A stretch of DNA of 64,000 nucleotides from NCBI RefSeq assembly GCF_964204645.1, contig NC_134026.1:21796150-21860149 (forward strand). The letters are read 5' to 3'. The stretch comes from Tubulanus polymorphus. Taxonomy: Eukaryota; Animalia; Nemertea. A model generated the notes under the pieces. That model did no database searches and had not been told where the DNA came from. It was given only the letters and a program-made list of their open reading frames with translations. The position numbers were made by a program, and so were the translations under genes. Numbering within the stretch: the stretch's first letter is position 1; each line of letters begins with the position of its first letter. Positions 12,201 through 24,267 of this stretch are shown in pieces.

Positions 12201-15200
12201 AGACAGATGGTATGATTAAGGAGTAAAGCTCCCCGCTGGGACAAAAGTCCTAAGTAAGTTAGTAAATGATGAATTAAACCATGGTTCGTTTTAGAGCCCA
12301 TGATTAAACCACAAATTTAATCAAATAAAGGCGGGTTCATTACGGTTCAAGCAGTTTATTTATTCACCTGTCGAGCAAATTGAATTCCTCATTTACTGAC
12401 TCTTGAATGGCAGTCCACTCTTCATTTAACAATCCCTCCAAGTGAAGCGAATATTCTTTTTTCCATGGTTGGTGTTGCAGCAAATATTTCAATGTGAGTG
12501 CTACTTTCGGCAACTGAAGATTTGGCGAAAACAATGGCTCTGAAATTAAACGTAGAATTAAGCGTAGATTAAGTTAAGATACATTCGTCGAAAAAATACT
12601 TTCGAGAATGTTCACGGGATGGACCCAACCTGGCAACACGTAGTCATCAAGTGGAGAACAATCGACTTTTAATTTGATATCTAAAACTCGCAGGCATCCG
12701 TCTGCCGTGATTATCACAGGCTTATCTGATCCGGCCCATTCTGCATCGAGAACCTTCGCGATATCTTTCGGACTCTTGATTGTACTGAGTTGATCGAGCT
12801 GAGATATATAAGAAAAATACGTGTAAGAAATAATCTCATGCTACATGAAACCTAATCAAGTGATGTATCCATTGCATACAGTAGACTTCGCCTAAACTGG
12901 TAGTTGGTACCTACATTTTTCTAACGAATTAGGCGGTTACCAGTTTGAAAAACCACAAAAATTAATGGATGAAAGTAGGAAATAATTGAACCTAACGGCA
13001 GTCAAATGTTTAATTTCTTTGTATTTCATATGATCAGATCGTAGCAAATCGCTGATGGTTTGCTTCCTTATATAATATACCAGTCCTTGAATACACTTCA
13101 GTTTTCATGCTTCTCAAAAATTCCGCGAAAAATTTTACCGGATAAGGTAGATTAACGAATAGAGCCAGTGATACCCGACTAGGCTATATGTATGTATTGA
13201 AAAACAGCAACAAACAAAAATCTTATCTTTATTTTACCGAATTGAATGGATTACCAGATAAACCAGTACCGCTTTAGGTGGAGTCTTCTGTATAAGATAT
13301 TCATGTACCGAGTATAACTTACTAAGACTGTGTATATTATTGATCCTTATTTTTCATATCGGTTGATAAATACAATCTAATGGAGTGATGTTGGCAGGGA
13401 TAGATTTGTATTGAATAGATGTTCAAGATGGAGATCCATTTTAGAGCATTGATATTCCTTATTTCTCAAAAGAATCCCATAAATTTATGCTTGTTCCCTA
13501 TCTTTAGAATATTTCAACACAATATGTTCAAATATGCACTATGACTTGAAATTGTTGTAATAGCATATTATGTGTTCATCGAATCATTGACAGAGAATTA
13601 CATTGAGGTTACTTAACAGGAAGTATGCAGAGGAAAGGAAAGTGCAGGGCATATTACTAGGGGTATCGTATTCGAACTCATTCCTACTTACAACATTTAT
13701 TACACCCCTTTTAAAAGAGGGGACAACATAAGATGTTTTCCACGTTTTAACAAAAACACCTTGCTGTAATGTACAATTGCCATAGAATCAACGGGGAAAA
13801 CGAGAAGAGTTTTTCATCTAAGGAAAATGAAGGGAGACACTTTAATAAAGAAAAGAAAAGTATTCTCTCTGCGTGTTTACCTCTTTAGCGTCCCAAATAT
13901 CGATGCCGTCATTGTAAAGAACCAATAGCTTATGGTTGCCGCGGCCTGGAGCGAATTTAACCTTGCGTACCCAACCACGATGAGTAGGAATCGCTCTATA
14001 AATAGAATAGAGAAAGTTTTTCCAATGAAATTCACCACGAACAATAATGGACAATATGTACAACATGTGTTGGATCATAAATAAACCTTATTTTCAATTT
14101 TCTCAGTCATTTGCGATTAAACTTTCGCATTACGGATAGTAAACCTGTTTATAATCGTTATTTCTAGATTGATATAAAGGCTCACCTTGAGACTCGAGCT
14201 TTCAGATCCCACAGATTCAGATTGCCATCGACATCACCTAAAACCATCATATCACCTTTCCACGCTATTGATGTGATGCTTCCCATTCCACCCTAGAATG
14301 ATAGTACAACAAATTCAGCCTAATTCTTAACTCAATCCTTTCAAGCCAAGTTATCACATAATTCTAACACAAATCCTAGCATCATTGCAAACAATATCGA
14401 TTAGAATTCCATCATCCATAACTCGAATTATCACCTAACTCAAAACGAAAACACTAACTTCAACTGAGTCTACTGTACAACAAGAGAATCATAGATTCGC
14501 TACTCACATCGGGTGGAATCTTCGAACCATCTTTGATCATGTTGCCTTCAACGATGAAATGATAAAGCAATCCGTCGGAATCGGTAAAAACGAAGTGTTC
14601 TCGCGCTGAAACAGTTGACGATTGTGGCTTCACGCTACAATAGGAAAATCGGCAAAAATATCGTCACGACTGAAAGCTCTTGAATTTTGTATATATTGTT
14701 CATTACATACTTCGTTTCGGCAGGATTTGCTGACACATCGATTTGACTGATATTAGTTTGGGTTCCTTCTTGAGCCAGTCTCTTCTTCAACGATTTCATG
14801 TTATGAGATGGGGACCATTCCTGTTGAAAATCAGCATTCTATAGTACCCTTGTAAAAATATTGCAGAGAAAGTAAGTTTTTTTCTACGCCCTTTCCAAAA
14901 TCTATTGATTCCTATGATTCTAGGAGATTCATAAGTTACTACTTTCCCGTATACATAAACACAATGATATCGGATCTCTGGCAGCACATACCAATGCAGT
15001 TATATGAGGGAAGTTCTTCGGCATTTCTCTCAGTAAAGTGCCCGTTCGAAGATCCCAAAGTTCAAACGGTTTGTCTTTGAACACGACGACAAAGTACTGT
15101 CTATATTCAGGAATAAGTAACAGGTTAGAAATAAGAACGATCAAGACTATCGTGTCATATACGATGAAATCGAATTCTTACTTGAGGTGTGATATTTTCA

Positions 15201-18200
15201 CCATTTCAATTGGAGTTTCTTCGTCGCGATTTTGACGATATTGCACAGTTTTTCCAGTCTGCATGTTCGTCAATATGAGTTCATTCTTCACCTGGCCGCT
15301 AGTGCCTGGCGTCGGGTAGGCATATGACAGAAAACTGTGCAAACTAACCCACTCAATACCCCTAGAAGTGCCAAAATGATTTCGCATACAAGTTTATAAT
15401 CGCGCACTGGATTTTGACCAGGGTATACATGCCCACTCACTGCAGAAAATGGCGCTAGTGTTTTCAAAGGATAAGTGTGGCAAACAGATGTGTTCTATAA
15501 AGTTAACTGCGAAAAATCACAATTTTACCTGACGCTACACGAATGAATACCATACTCTCTCCATAATTCACCACTCGACAAATTATAAACTTGGATGACA
15601 CCATTGTGAGCCCCTAATATAAATGGAAAGGTGCCATTCTTAATAAAATCCGCCATCAAATTGCATAAAAGTGATCTACGTATTTTGAAATCCTTCCGAT
15701 TAATAAGATTCATATATACAGACCTAGAGCAATCATCGGTTGGTAAACGTTCCAATTCTTCGTCGTCAAAGCCGGACACATACGAATCACTAGGGCAGGT
15801 GCAGCGACACCAGTGACCATACCGGTCATTACGAACTTCAACATAACGCTGTGCTGTTTATGACGTGCTGCTGACGTCTGACCGTCCAACACGAACGATT
15901 CCATCTGCCCGAACAGATCGCACAACGAATGTTTCGGATGCGATTTGTCGCAGTGAAGCGGCAACGTCGAATTGCCGTCCGGCGGAAATTGAAACTGAAC
16001 ATCGAGGCTATAGCCGGGTGTGTAAAGCGGCGAAATCCCCGAGCCAGAAATCTGACTTCCCATTACGCTCTGATTCTTAAAAAATCAAATAATTTTGGCG
16101 ATAAAAAACGCTAACTGTTGAATCTTCTTTGAGAAGTATTCACAAATTTGTTACAAGAACACTACAAAATATAAAAGCTCAGGCTTTGGTGGTGAATATT
16201 ATATTCGCCACCAAAGCCTGAGCTTTTATAACATATCTACTGGTATGAATCGACCTGTAACATGACTATGGAATCTTGCAACAATTCAGAGGTTACTTAA
16301 AAGTTACCAAACAAAACTAAATTTTCCAATTTAAACCAATATTACTGTAGAATTTGAGTTCATTTGCATTTTGTCCGTAATCTAGAAATCTGAACCAGAA
16401 CCAGTATGTAAAAGCTCACAATTTGCCTATTCCTACATGCTCAGTAATTATTAAGCTTTAGTTAAAGTAGCACTTGATTCACAACTCATGAAATAGAATT
16501 CAGTATTGTGAGACAATTACGTACGGGAAGATGAAAATCTACAGTGTTCAACTTCCAGAACAGTGTTTTACCATCGCTCATGACCAACGCGATGGTTCTC
16601 TCCGACACGGGACACGCGGCAACGCTGACTACGCGGTTATTCTTTGTCACTCTCAGAGGATCTGACTGGCAGCGGAGATCGTACACGACATCGAGAGGAG
16701 GTCCGCCTTCATCTACAAGGAAGTTGACGAGGTTGAGCCACAACTACCTTAATTAACAAGTACTTGTCGAAGGTTAAGTAGTATATCTATTCTTAGTTTA
16801 AGTCCTACGAGAGAACTGTAAACCGGGATCTTAGTTCCACAGTTTTGTTCATTTCCAATGTCTTAACCCTTTAGAGTAAAATTTTTGCTGAAACAATTTT
16901 GAAGACTGTCGCGTGCAAAAATTGTGTTTATTCAGATATCTTAATCAAGCAATAGAATGAACAGAATGAATTACCTTGACTGATTAAACTAGTCATACTT
17001 CCAGTTCCGAGGTCGGGTGTAATGATTACATTACCACGACGTCTAATCCTAACACTGACACTGCCGCTCTCATGTAGCGCCAATAAGACATCTCTCTGCT
17101 GGCACGGGATTACCTGAACAAAATAATCCATCACCAATATGTGTTTGATAAAATGTAACCACACGCTAATCAAAATTCTAAGCAAAGACTTCGCCTTCAA
17201 ACACAGTTTGAAGGGGCAGTGGCCGAGTGCTTTGAAACATCAGTCTTTCACGTCTCATCAATCCAGCGTTCATGGTTCCAATTCTAGTGGAGTCTCAGAT
17301 TCTACACTAGCAAGCTCCCCGTAATCATTGGGAAAAAGAAACCTTGAACCCACCAATAATGCCTTATTAAGTGGCACTTAGTGAGGTCGAGGTGTCGGTA
17401 CCTACTTGAATGAAAGGAGATCCAGTTCGCTCCATCGGTATGATTCCCACTGTCTGGTTGATTTCTAAATCCAAAATAAGCATCTCGCGAGAGTAGACCA
17501 GTAGAAGATGATGTCGACATGACAGCAGATAGGTCAACTGAAGGCATTCGTTCAAAGCCACATTTTCTTCTTCCACTCTGTGAAAAATAATCAAATCCGT
17601 GAGTAAAATGTGTTTCACAATCTGCAACCTTATCGTCTCGAATTCGTGAAAATGTTAAATCTCAAAATAAGATTATATTTTTCCTGATAGTTTAAATTGT
17701 TACTATTTTAGATTAGCTCTAAAAACCTATCTTTTTATGCAAGCTTATGGTTAGCCACACTTTAATAATGTATCAACGTAAGTGCCTTAGAGCAATATTC
17801 TATTCAATAAGGCACCAAATATTGGTAAATAATAATTATCGCGACCGATCAGTTCATGTTCATCAACTACAAACCTCTTATTTCCTTCTCCGACCAGAAT
17901 CCGGCTCATGCGTTTTCCCAAGGACCCTTTTGATGTTGACTTATGAACGCTATTGGAGCTGTTAGACGAACTACCACCATTATTACCTGAATCAAAATTC
18001 GAAATAAACTTCTAACTTAAACGGTTGGTTATAATGAGAATTAAAAATTCAACATAAGACTCAAAATAAATCTACAATACCCAGCCCCAATACTGGGTTA
18101 TTATAATAACCAAAATTAGGAAAATATCTACGAAATTGGGCCTACATGATGGTTACCGGTATACTAAAAACGAGACCAAATTTACCTGAACTGCTAGGAC

Positions 18201-20287
18201 TAGATATGTAGAATTTTTTACCATTACTGGTCGGACATTTTGAAAGTGAGAAGTCATTTATGAAGACTACACAGTCTGAACCAAGAACTGAAAAAAAAGA
18301 GATTGAATTGGATGAAAAAGTAACTATACAATAGTAATAATAGCACTGTTAAGATTTGGCATGTATCATACTCCCACCCCCCTAGTTACATTAAGAATTA
18401 TACAGCTCCATCGGAGAAAAGTTTGCTACTTACAAGCAACGCGATTCGCATCAAACGGATCAAAGGAGAATGATAACAGGGTCTCCGCGTAATTCTTTTT
18501 CCACAGTTTCGTGCCCGTGTCTGCATTCCATAATATAACGGTATACGGCGGGTGTATAGTGGCGAGTAGATCATGAGACACGTCCTGCGACGAAATCCAT
18601 TCCATATCCTGGATATGCTTCGAACCATCGCAGAATTCGGCTTTCACCGATGCCTGGATGACGTCCCAAACGATTATCTTACCGCCAGTGTCACCGGACG
18701 CTACGCGCAGAGTGTACGGGTTCATCAGGTCGTGGTGATAGTTTTCTCTCGCCCATTTCACCTTATAACAGACATACGCAGCTACTTTTTAAGCAATTTT
18801 TAATTATCAGAGTTGCCCAGTAGATGTTCCCAGGGATGTTTTGAATCACTGGTAATGAAACAGTTTTCATACAACTAATGCAATCGGTTATAAGCTGGGT
18901 ACCGGTATCTATTTTCTGCTTTATTCAACTACTACCACAGTTTCATTTCTGATGATTGTATGACAATTTCTCAAACACTGAACCATAGATTCTTAATGAC
19001 ATAGAAATTGAATCGTGTAAAAAAGTCAAATTGTTTTTGATATCTGAGCGATATCTGAGTTGGATGTTATTTGGTTCATAAATAGCGTCACAAAAATATT
19101 CCAACAAACATCCGAGTTGAACAGTTATGTGAGTTGATCGCATCTGACACGTGCGGCGTCAACTGTATGTGGATGAATAAATGGGAATACACCAGTTAAG
19201 CCTATTTTATGTCAATTTTGCTAAATTGTGAAGACGATACCTTACAAACTGGAGCTTTATGTCGTCCTAACGTCTGCAGAGTTTGACAGCTCTTCGTTTC
19301 AATAATGACCACAAATGTTTGACAACCATACGCCAACATTCCTTGCCATCCCCTAAAAAAAAACACAATGACACAATGCTGAATGAACTACCATACTGCT
19401 GGTTAAGGCCACTGCACGTGAGTTGAATAACGCAGACGCAAAGTGCGCAGTTTTTGGCTCGTGTGCTCTCGCGTACACTTTACGCTGCATTCGTCGTCAA
19501 TGCGCATGATGCTTGATATATTACATGATTATCACTTTCTGTATGGTATGGCGTTAGTTGAATTAATAGAATCAGTTTTCCCTCCTTGCAAGACCCTCAA
19601 TTTTGATGTAGATGTAAAAAAGGAACTGAAGAATTGCTCTTTACATTCAAATAGATTGGACAAGGATGATGAAAAGTCGCTTGAATATGGTGCAAATAGG
19701 CCTATGCAGTAACAGTTGTATGATGCACACTTGCTACAGCTCCCTTTACTGAGCGCATTTTTCGGCTCACGTGCATGGGTCTATATTTTGCGCTAAATGC
19801 GAACGAAATTTGCCCAGCGCAAAATGTTCTCGTGTACAGGCGCCTTAAGTTAGGGCCTACAATCGGTAGACATGCTTTTTCTGATGACCGATAAGCCTAT
19901 CTCCTCTAATTTTTTAGAAAACAGACAGCACTCTCTATTTGCAAAGAATGATATAAAATAAGGGTAGATAGAAAGTTACAAAACAAGAGTTCAACAATCA
20001 AAATACTCAATTGCATTTGATTTGACAGTCGCTCCAGTCCAGTCCAAGGACAGAAGCCAATGCCATGACAAGAACTTAGGTTAGCAGGAGAGAGGCCCTC
20101 AAATTGAGGAAAGGGCTGTGTAATACACCATTTTTGGAAAGTGTTCCTCCTGACAGATAAATGGTATGGTGGTAGAAAGAATTAAGAAAGGGTAGAAATC
20201 GGTCGGTGATAGTTACCAGTCACAGGCGCTCTTATTACTTGCATGTAATATACCAGTTAGGGTTTTTGGAGCAAGCTTCATATTCAT
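9206..20287 (-). CDS. WDR11: WD repeat-containing protein 11, many short exons
   Basis: ATG at 20287: MNMKLAPKTLTGILHASNKSACDW|GWQGMLAYGCQTFVVIIE...|VKWARENYHHDLMNPYTLRVASGDTGGKIIVWDV. Internal exons QYFVVVFKDKPFELWDLR, IPTHRGWVRKVKFAPGRGNHKLLVLYNDG and RLFGDESEVHFWTIA. The last exon ends LLKEVEILFAD*, with TGA at 9206-9208. These match recalled WDR11 sequence. Confidence 0.95.
12100..12250 (-). mobile_element. 5' fragment of the Helentron/HINE-like family seen at 47813-49088
   Basis: GGGTAGATACATGTA...TTGAAGCGTCTTCAAAACTT...CTACGGACAGAC and GCTGGGACAAAAGTCC are the reverse complement of ~47825-47990. Confidence 0.6.
12879..13290. mobile_element. Tc1/mariner (pogo/Tigger-type) MITE in a WDR11 intron
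   Basis: TA|CAGTAGACTTCGCCTAAA ... TTTAGGTGGAGTCTTCTG|TA: inverted termini flanked by TA. Confidence 0.65.
16170..16230. repeat. 61-bp near-perfect palindrome in a WDR11 intron
   Basis: TATAAAAGCTCAGGCTTTGGTGGTGAATAT-T-ATATTCGCCACCAAAGCCTGAGCTTTTATA; 30-bp arms with one mismatch. Confidence 0.9.
17218..17385 (+). mobile_element. Degenerate tRNA-derived SINE-like remnant
   Basis: A-box-like TGGCCGAGTG (~17220) and B-box-like GGTTCCAATTC (~17274); no cloverleaf. Confidence 0.35.
19403..19848. mobile_element. MITE flanked by TTAA, with imperfect TIRs
   Basis: TTAAGGCCACTGCACGTGAG ... CTCGTGTACAGGCGCCTTAA. Confidence 0.5.
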
Positions 20288-20544
20288 TCTGCCGATTGTG
20301 AGGTCTACTTTAATTCATGTCTGTGTCAACTGCCGCATATATTTAAAAATCAAGTGGGCCTAGAGCAAATATTCCATGAAATTGTGGACACCACAAAATG
20401 CATCATGTTCATACAAAATACCACGCTCACATGCCATAGTCGGTTTACTGCCTCGCATGCCACAGTCGGGTTAGCAAGCTCCGTCTCGACCACGTGCCGG
20501 CCGATCAGTGGTCGTTTAGCCGTGACAGAACTTATTAGGGTTTC

Positions 20545-21118
20545 TGCTGCCAGTCGGCCATCTTGATTGTGACGGGGCCAGTTTTTGGGCTGAAGATGTG
20601 TCTAGGGTAGATACATGTATCAACCAAATATGAAGACATTATCTTGAAGCGTCTTCAAAACTTCCCACAATCAATTGAAAAGTTGTAGCTCATGACATTG
20701 TCTATGATTGTGGTGAGTTTTAAGGACTTTAGTTATTCTATATGGTCACCAGGGGGCGTTGAATAGTAGAATAACCTAGTATTTCCTGATTAGATTGGTA
20801 CCTAGGCATATTTTGTTACCATGATCAATTGCCGAAAGTTGTAGTCTATGACATGTTCTATTATTGTGGTGAGTTTCAAGGTCATTGGACTTTGCATATG
20901 GTCACCAGGGGTCATTGAATAATAGAATTACTTAGTATTTCCATATTAGATTGGTAACCAGGCATATTTTGTAATCGAAATCGATTACAAAATCGTAGCT
21001 GCTGACATGTTCTATGATTGTAGTGAGTTTCAAGGTCATTGGTTTTTGTATATGGTCCCCAGGGGGCGTTGAATATTGAAATTTTTAGATTGTTGAGCAT
21101 TGAAAACCACTTCCCAAG
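20545..21118. mobile_element. Rearranged Helentron/HINE-like copy containing about 3 units of the ~155-bp repeat
   Basis: 20545-20668 is the reverse complement of ~47910-48035. It joins directly to the ~155-bp array (CAGGGG motif at ~20750, ~20906, ~21060) in direct orientation, ending ACCACTTCCCAAG as at ~49048-49060. Confidence 0.75.
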
Positions 21119-22187
21119 AAAATCCTAGACTCATAATCAAATTCTGTGAAGTCATTTAAGGTCCTTTGCTCGAATCAAGCCAAGGGCTCACTGTGGCTAA
21201 AATTCAATTCCTCACTGTCCTATAATGCCGAGTACGACGACTGAAAAACGTTGCGCTGTGTAAGTGTAATTTAGATAAGTCAGCTATATAATGACGGCCC
21301 TGCCCCGCGCGCTCCATCTGAGGACATAAACAAGTTGGACTCGTCGGGATGGCGTCAAGGGCGACATCTCAGTCTACAGACTGTATACTCAGGCGCGAGG
21401 TCGAAACGTTACCTGATAGACATTTTAGCCTCGATTGAGATGCAGTTTACCCACTGGACCCAAGCTAATTGATAATGCTAAAAAACCAATGAACTATTGG
21501 TACTTAATTACCATCTTCGGTCCCAACGTTTACAGATCTGAACCGTCTAGTAGTGCCTTTAAATTTATCATTAGCGGTGAATATACGAACTAACAATATG
21601 ATACAATATTCCTACTGCGGCATGTGAGTAAAAAGTTAGTTCACACCTTTACCGTCTTACGATTAATACAGGGCAGCACTTGACGGTTAATAATTAGGCC
21701 AGCGTGAGTTGGCTTCGGTATAAAACCAACCTGCAGAGGATGCTGAGTGTGTACAGGGAAGCGAGTAAAACCATTGGTGGTAGCCGGAAAGCTCCGGTAG
21801 CAGAGGCAAGCAATGAGGCATTGAGCCACGTGCGTGATTACACTGGTCAGTTTTAATCATGATTATGTAATTCTTACACGAAATAAATCAGATTGAATAC
21901 GAAAATAAATCTGTAGCTCGGCAAATGATCTTTACTTGTAACAGCACATGCATGGAGAATCCGCGAGTCATCACTTCCGGTGTGGAGTCGTGACCCGCCA
22001 TATTGAAATTTGGTAAGTCTTGGAATTTTTCTAGTTTTTTATCCTTGAATTAGGCCTATATCTATGTATTAAGTTAACAGTTCGGTATTAACCTCGGATA
22101 TGCAGGTACAATAAACACCGACTCTTAAACTGACCTGAGACCCGCCGCCAAACTATATTCAAAGTCGTTTTTGAAGTACGTCACGTG

Positions 22188-23343
22188 CACAGGGGCTCGT
22201 TACGATAGCTGGGGGTCCAAAATCAAAGATTTGACCCAGTATCCTAGGTACCACCTATAAAAAAAGAAAAGGGAGCTAACATTTTGACATACAAGAATTG
22301 ACCTTCTCATTTCAACCCCTCATAACTTCGTAACCGATCGACCGATTTACACGAAATTAGATTCGTTTCATTCCCAAGAGGTGACTTTTTCGTTTGAGAC
22401 CTTCCCCGATGAAATCGGACCGGAGACGCCCGAGAAATCACGACTCAAATCCGAAAAAACGGGTCAAAATATCCAAAGCCGGAATTACTAGGACGGCTTG
22501 AAGTGCTCAATTTCCGACGAAAAACGATGATTTGACGCGGTTCCCGGACGTTAATCGCCACATATCATGCATCGCTGGAAAGCTTATGAACTGACCTTAT
22601 TGACAGACGCGTTTATTTGATAATCCGTTCCGATACCCGCGACTGGCGAGCTGATAATCCAGATTGATGCGATAAATACGATTTCCAAGTGTATTCCGGC
22701 CGCCATTAACTGCGTGACGTCATGAGAAATCCCAGCATGCAACGCTAGATAATTGACATATTCAGTCGACCAATCACGTATCGCGAATTTATCAGTCCTC
22801 AGAGCCCGTGACGTCACACCCTCAATGGCGGTTCAGTGACGCTTAAAGTGCGTATTTATCGGTTCGGTGCGTATTTTCACCTCGCTTGTCGCCGGTTTCG
22901 GAACGGATTATCAAATAAACGCATTTTTCAATAAGGTCAGTTCATAAGCTTTCCAGCGATGTATGATATGTGAAGATTAACGTCCGGGAACCGCGTCAAC
23001 TCATCGTTTTTCGTCGGGAATCGACTACTCCGAGACGTCCTAGTAATTCCGGCTTTGGCTATTTTGACTCGTTTTTTCGGATTTGAGTCGTGATTTCTCG
23101 GGTGTCTCTTATCCGATTTTGTTGCGGAAGGTCTCAAACGAAAAAGTAACCTCTTAGGAATGAAACGAAACCAATTTCGAGCGAATCGGTCGATCGGTTA
23201 CGAAGTTATGAGGGGTTGAAATGAGAAGGTCAATTCTTGTATGTCAAAATGTTAGCTCCCTTTTCTTTTTTTATAGGTGGTACCTAGGATACTGGGTCAA
23301 ATCTTTGATTTTGGACCCCCAGCTATCGTGACGAGCCCCTGTG
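22188..23343. mobile_element. Foldback non-autonomous DNA transposon with ~470-bp inverted arms and 8-bp TSD
   Basis: GTCACGTG|CACAGGGGCTCGTTACGATAGCTGGGGGTCC ... GGACCCCCAGCTATCGTGACGAGCCCCTGTG|GTCACGTG, with TSD at 22180-22187 and 23344-23351. Arms ~22188-22660 and ~22870-23343. Confidence 0.92.
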
Positions 23344-24267
23344 GTCACGTGTGTCGTCACGGTTCGGTGGTCCGCACCTCGCCTTAGTTAGTTACCTAAT
23401 TGTTGGTGGTAAGCTTTTTATAATCGGATGGGCTTATACCAACGTTAGGGATGACAAGGGCCAAAACTCGGTTGAAAAAAGTAACACTTCAAAAATATAC
23501 TTTCTATTCACTTCAGTCCATAATTAATGGCTTAATTCACAAACTAACACAGGTACCTTTCGAAATAATCCAATTTTATGTATGTTTCGAGTGATTAATC
23601 AACATTATTTTGAGAAATTAATTAATTTCTCAGCAAATTTCGCCATTAGCCGCCATTTCTCTGTATTGCACATGTGGCATGATAAGACAAGGGGACCTAC
23701 AAGGATTTTTATAAAACTTCCAAGACGAAACGACAATTTTTATTTTTGATGGTTTTCCAACTTACATTTCAAATCTTCGTGTTTTCCAAGATAAATAATG
23801 AAGTAATAAATTTTGGTAAAAGAAAAATGGGAATAAGTGTTGATTTCTTAATTTTTTCAATTTCGTCGTTTCGCTTCGTGAGTTTGTGCTGTTGTCCTGG
23901 CCTCAGTCCACAGGTGCCAGCACCTCCAGTAATTTTCAAAATGGCAGCTGTTGACTGGACGGAAATTTACTCTCACTTTACGGCCGATTTGCACATGGAT
24001 TAAGATCGTCAGGTGAGGTGTTATAGGTATCAGACAAACTACGAATCTGTTGTGCGTCGATTACAGCAAAAATTAGACGGATATCTTAAGAGACAATGAA
24101 ATGCCAGGCAAATTACTCGTCAGTCAAATTGGCTGACGAAGATTTCATACAAAAATGACCTTCCCATTCCTGACTGTGGTTTGTGAAAATATCCGATCGT
24201 GAAACTAAACCACAGACAGGTTACTGACTACACCTCGCCTGTGTGTGTGCTGTGTACGTCACCTGGT

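Noticed and set aside
21318-21410. CTGAGGA...GTCGAAACG as a possible hammerhead ribozyme or Penelope end
   Set aside because: The stem II closing bases do not pair (C/C), and convincing stems I and III could not be built.
21678-21856. Open + strand frame after TAATTAG (ASVSWLRYKTNLQRML...) as a possible exon
   Set aside because: No recognisable domain and no partner exons, so it cannot be supported.
22188-22194. CACAG terminus as an RSS-like (Transib/RAG) heptamer
   Set aside because: The sequence is CACAGGG rather than CACAGTG, the TSD is 8 bp rather than 5 bp, and the transposase shows no recognisable RAG1 motifs.
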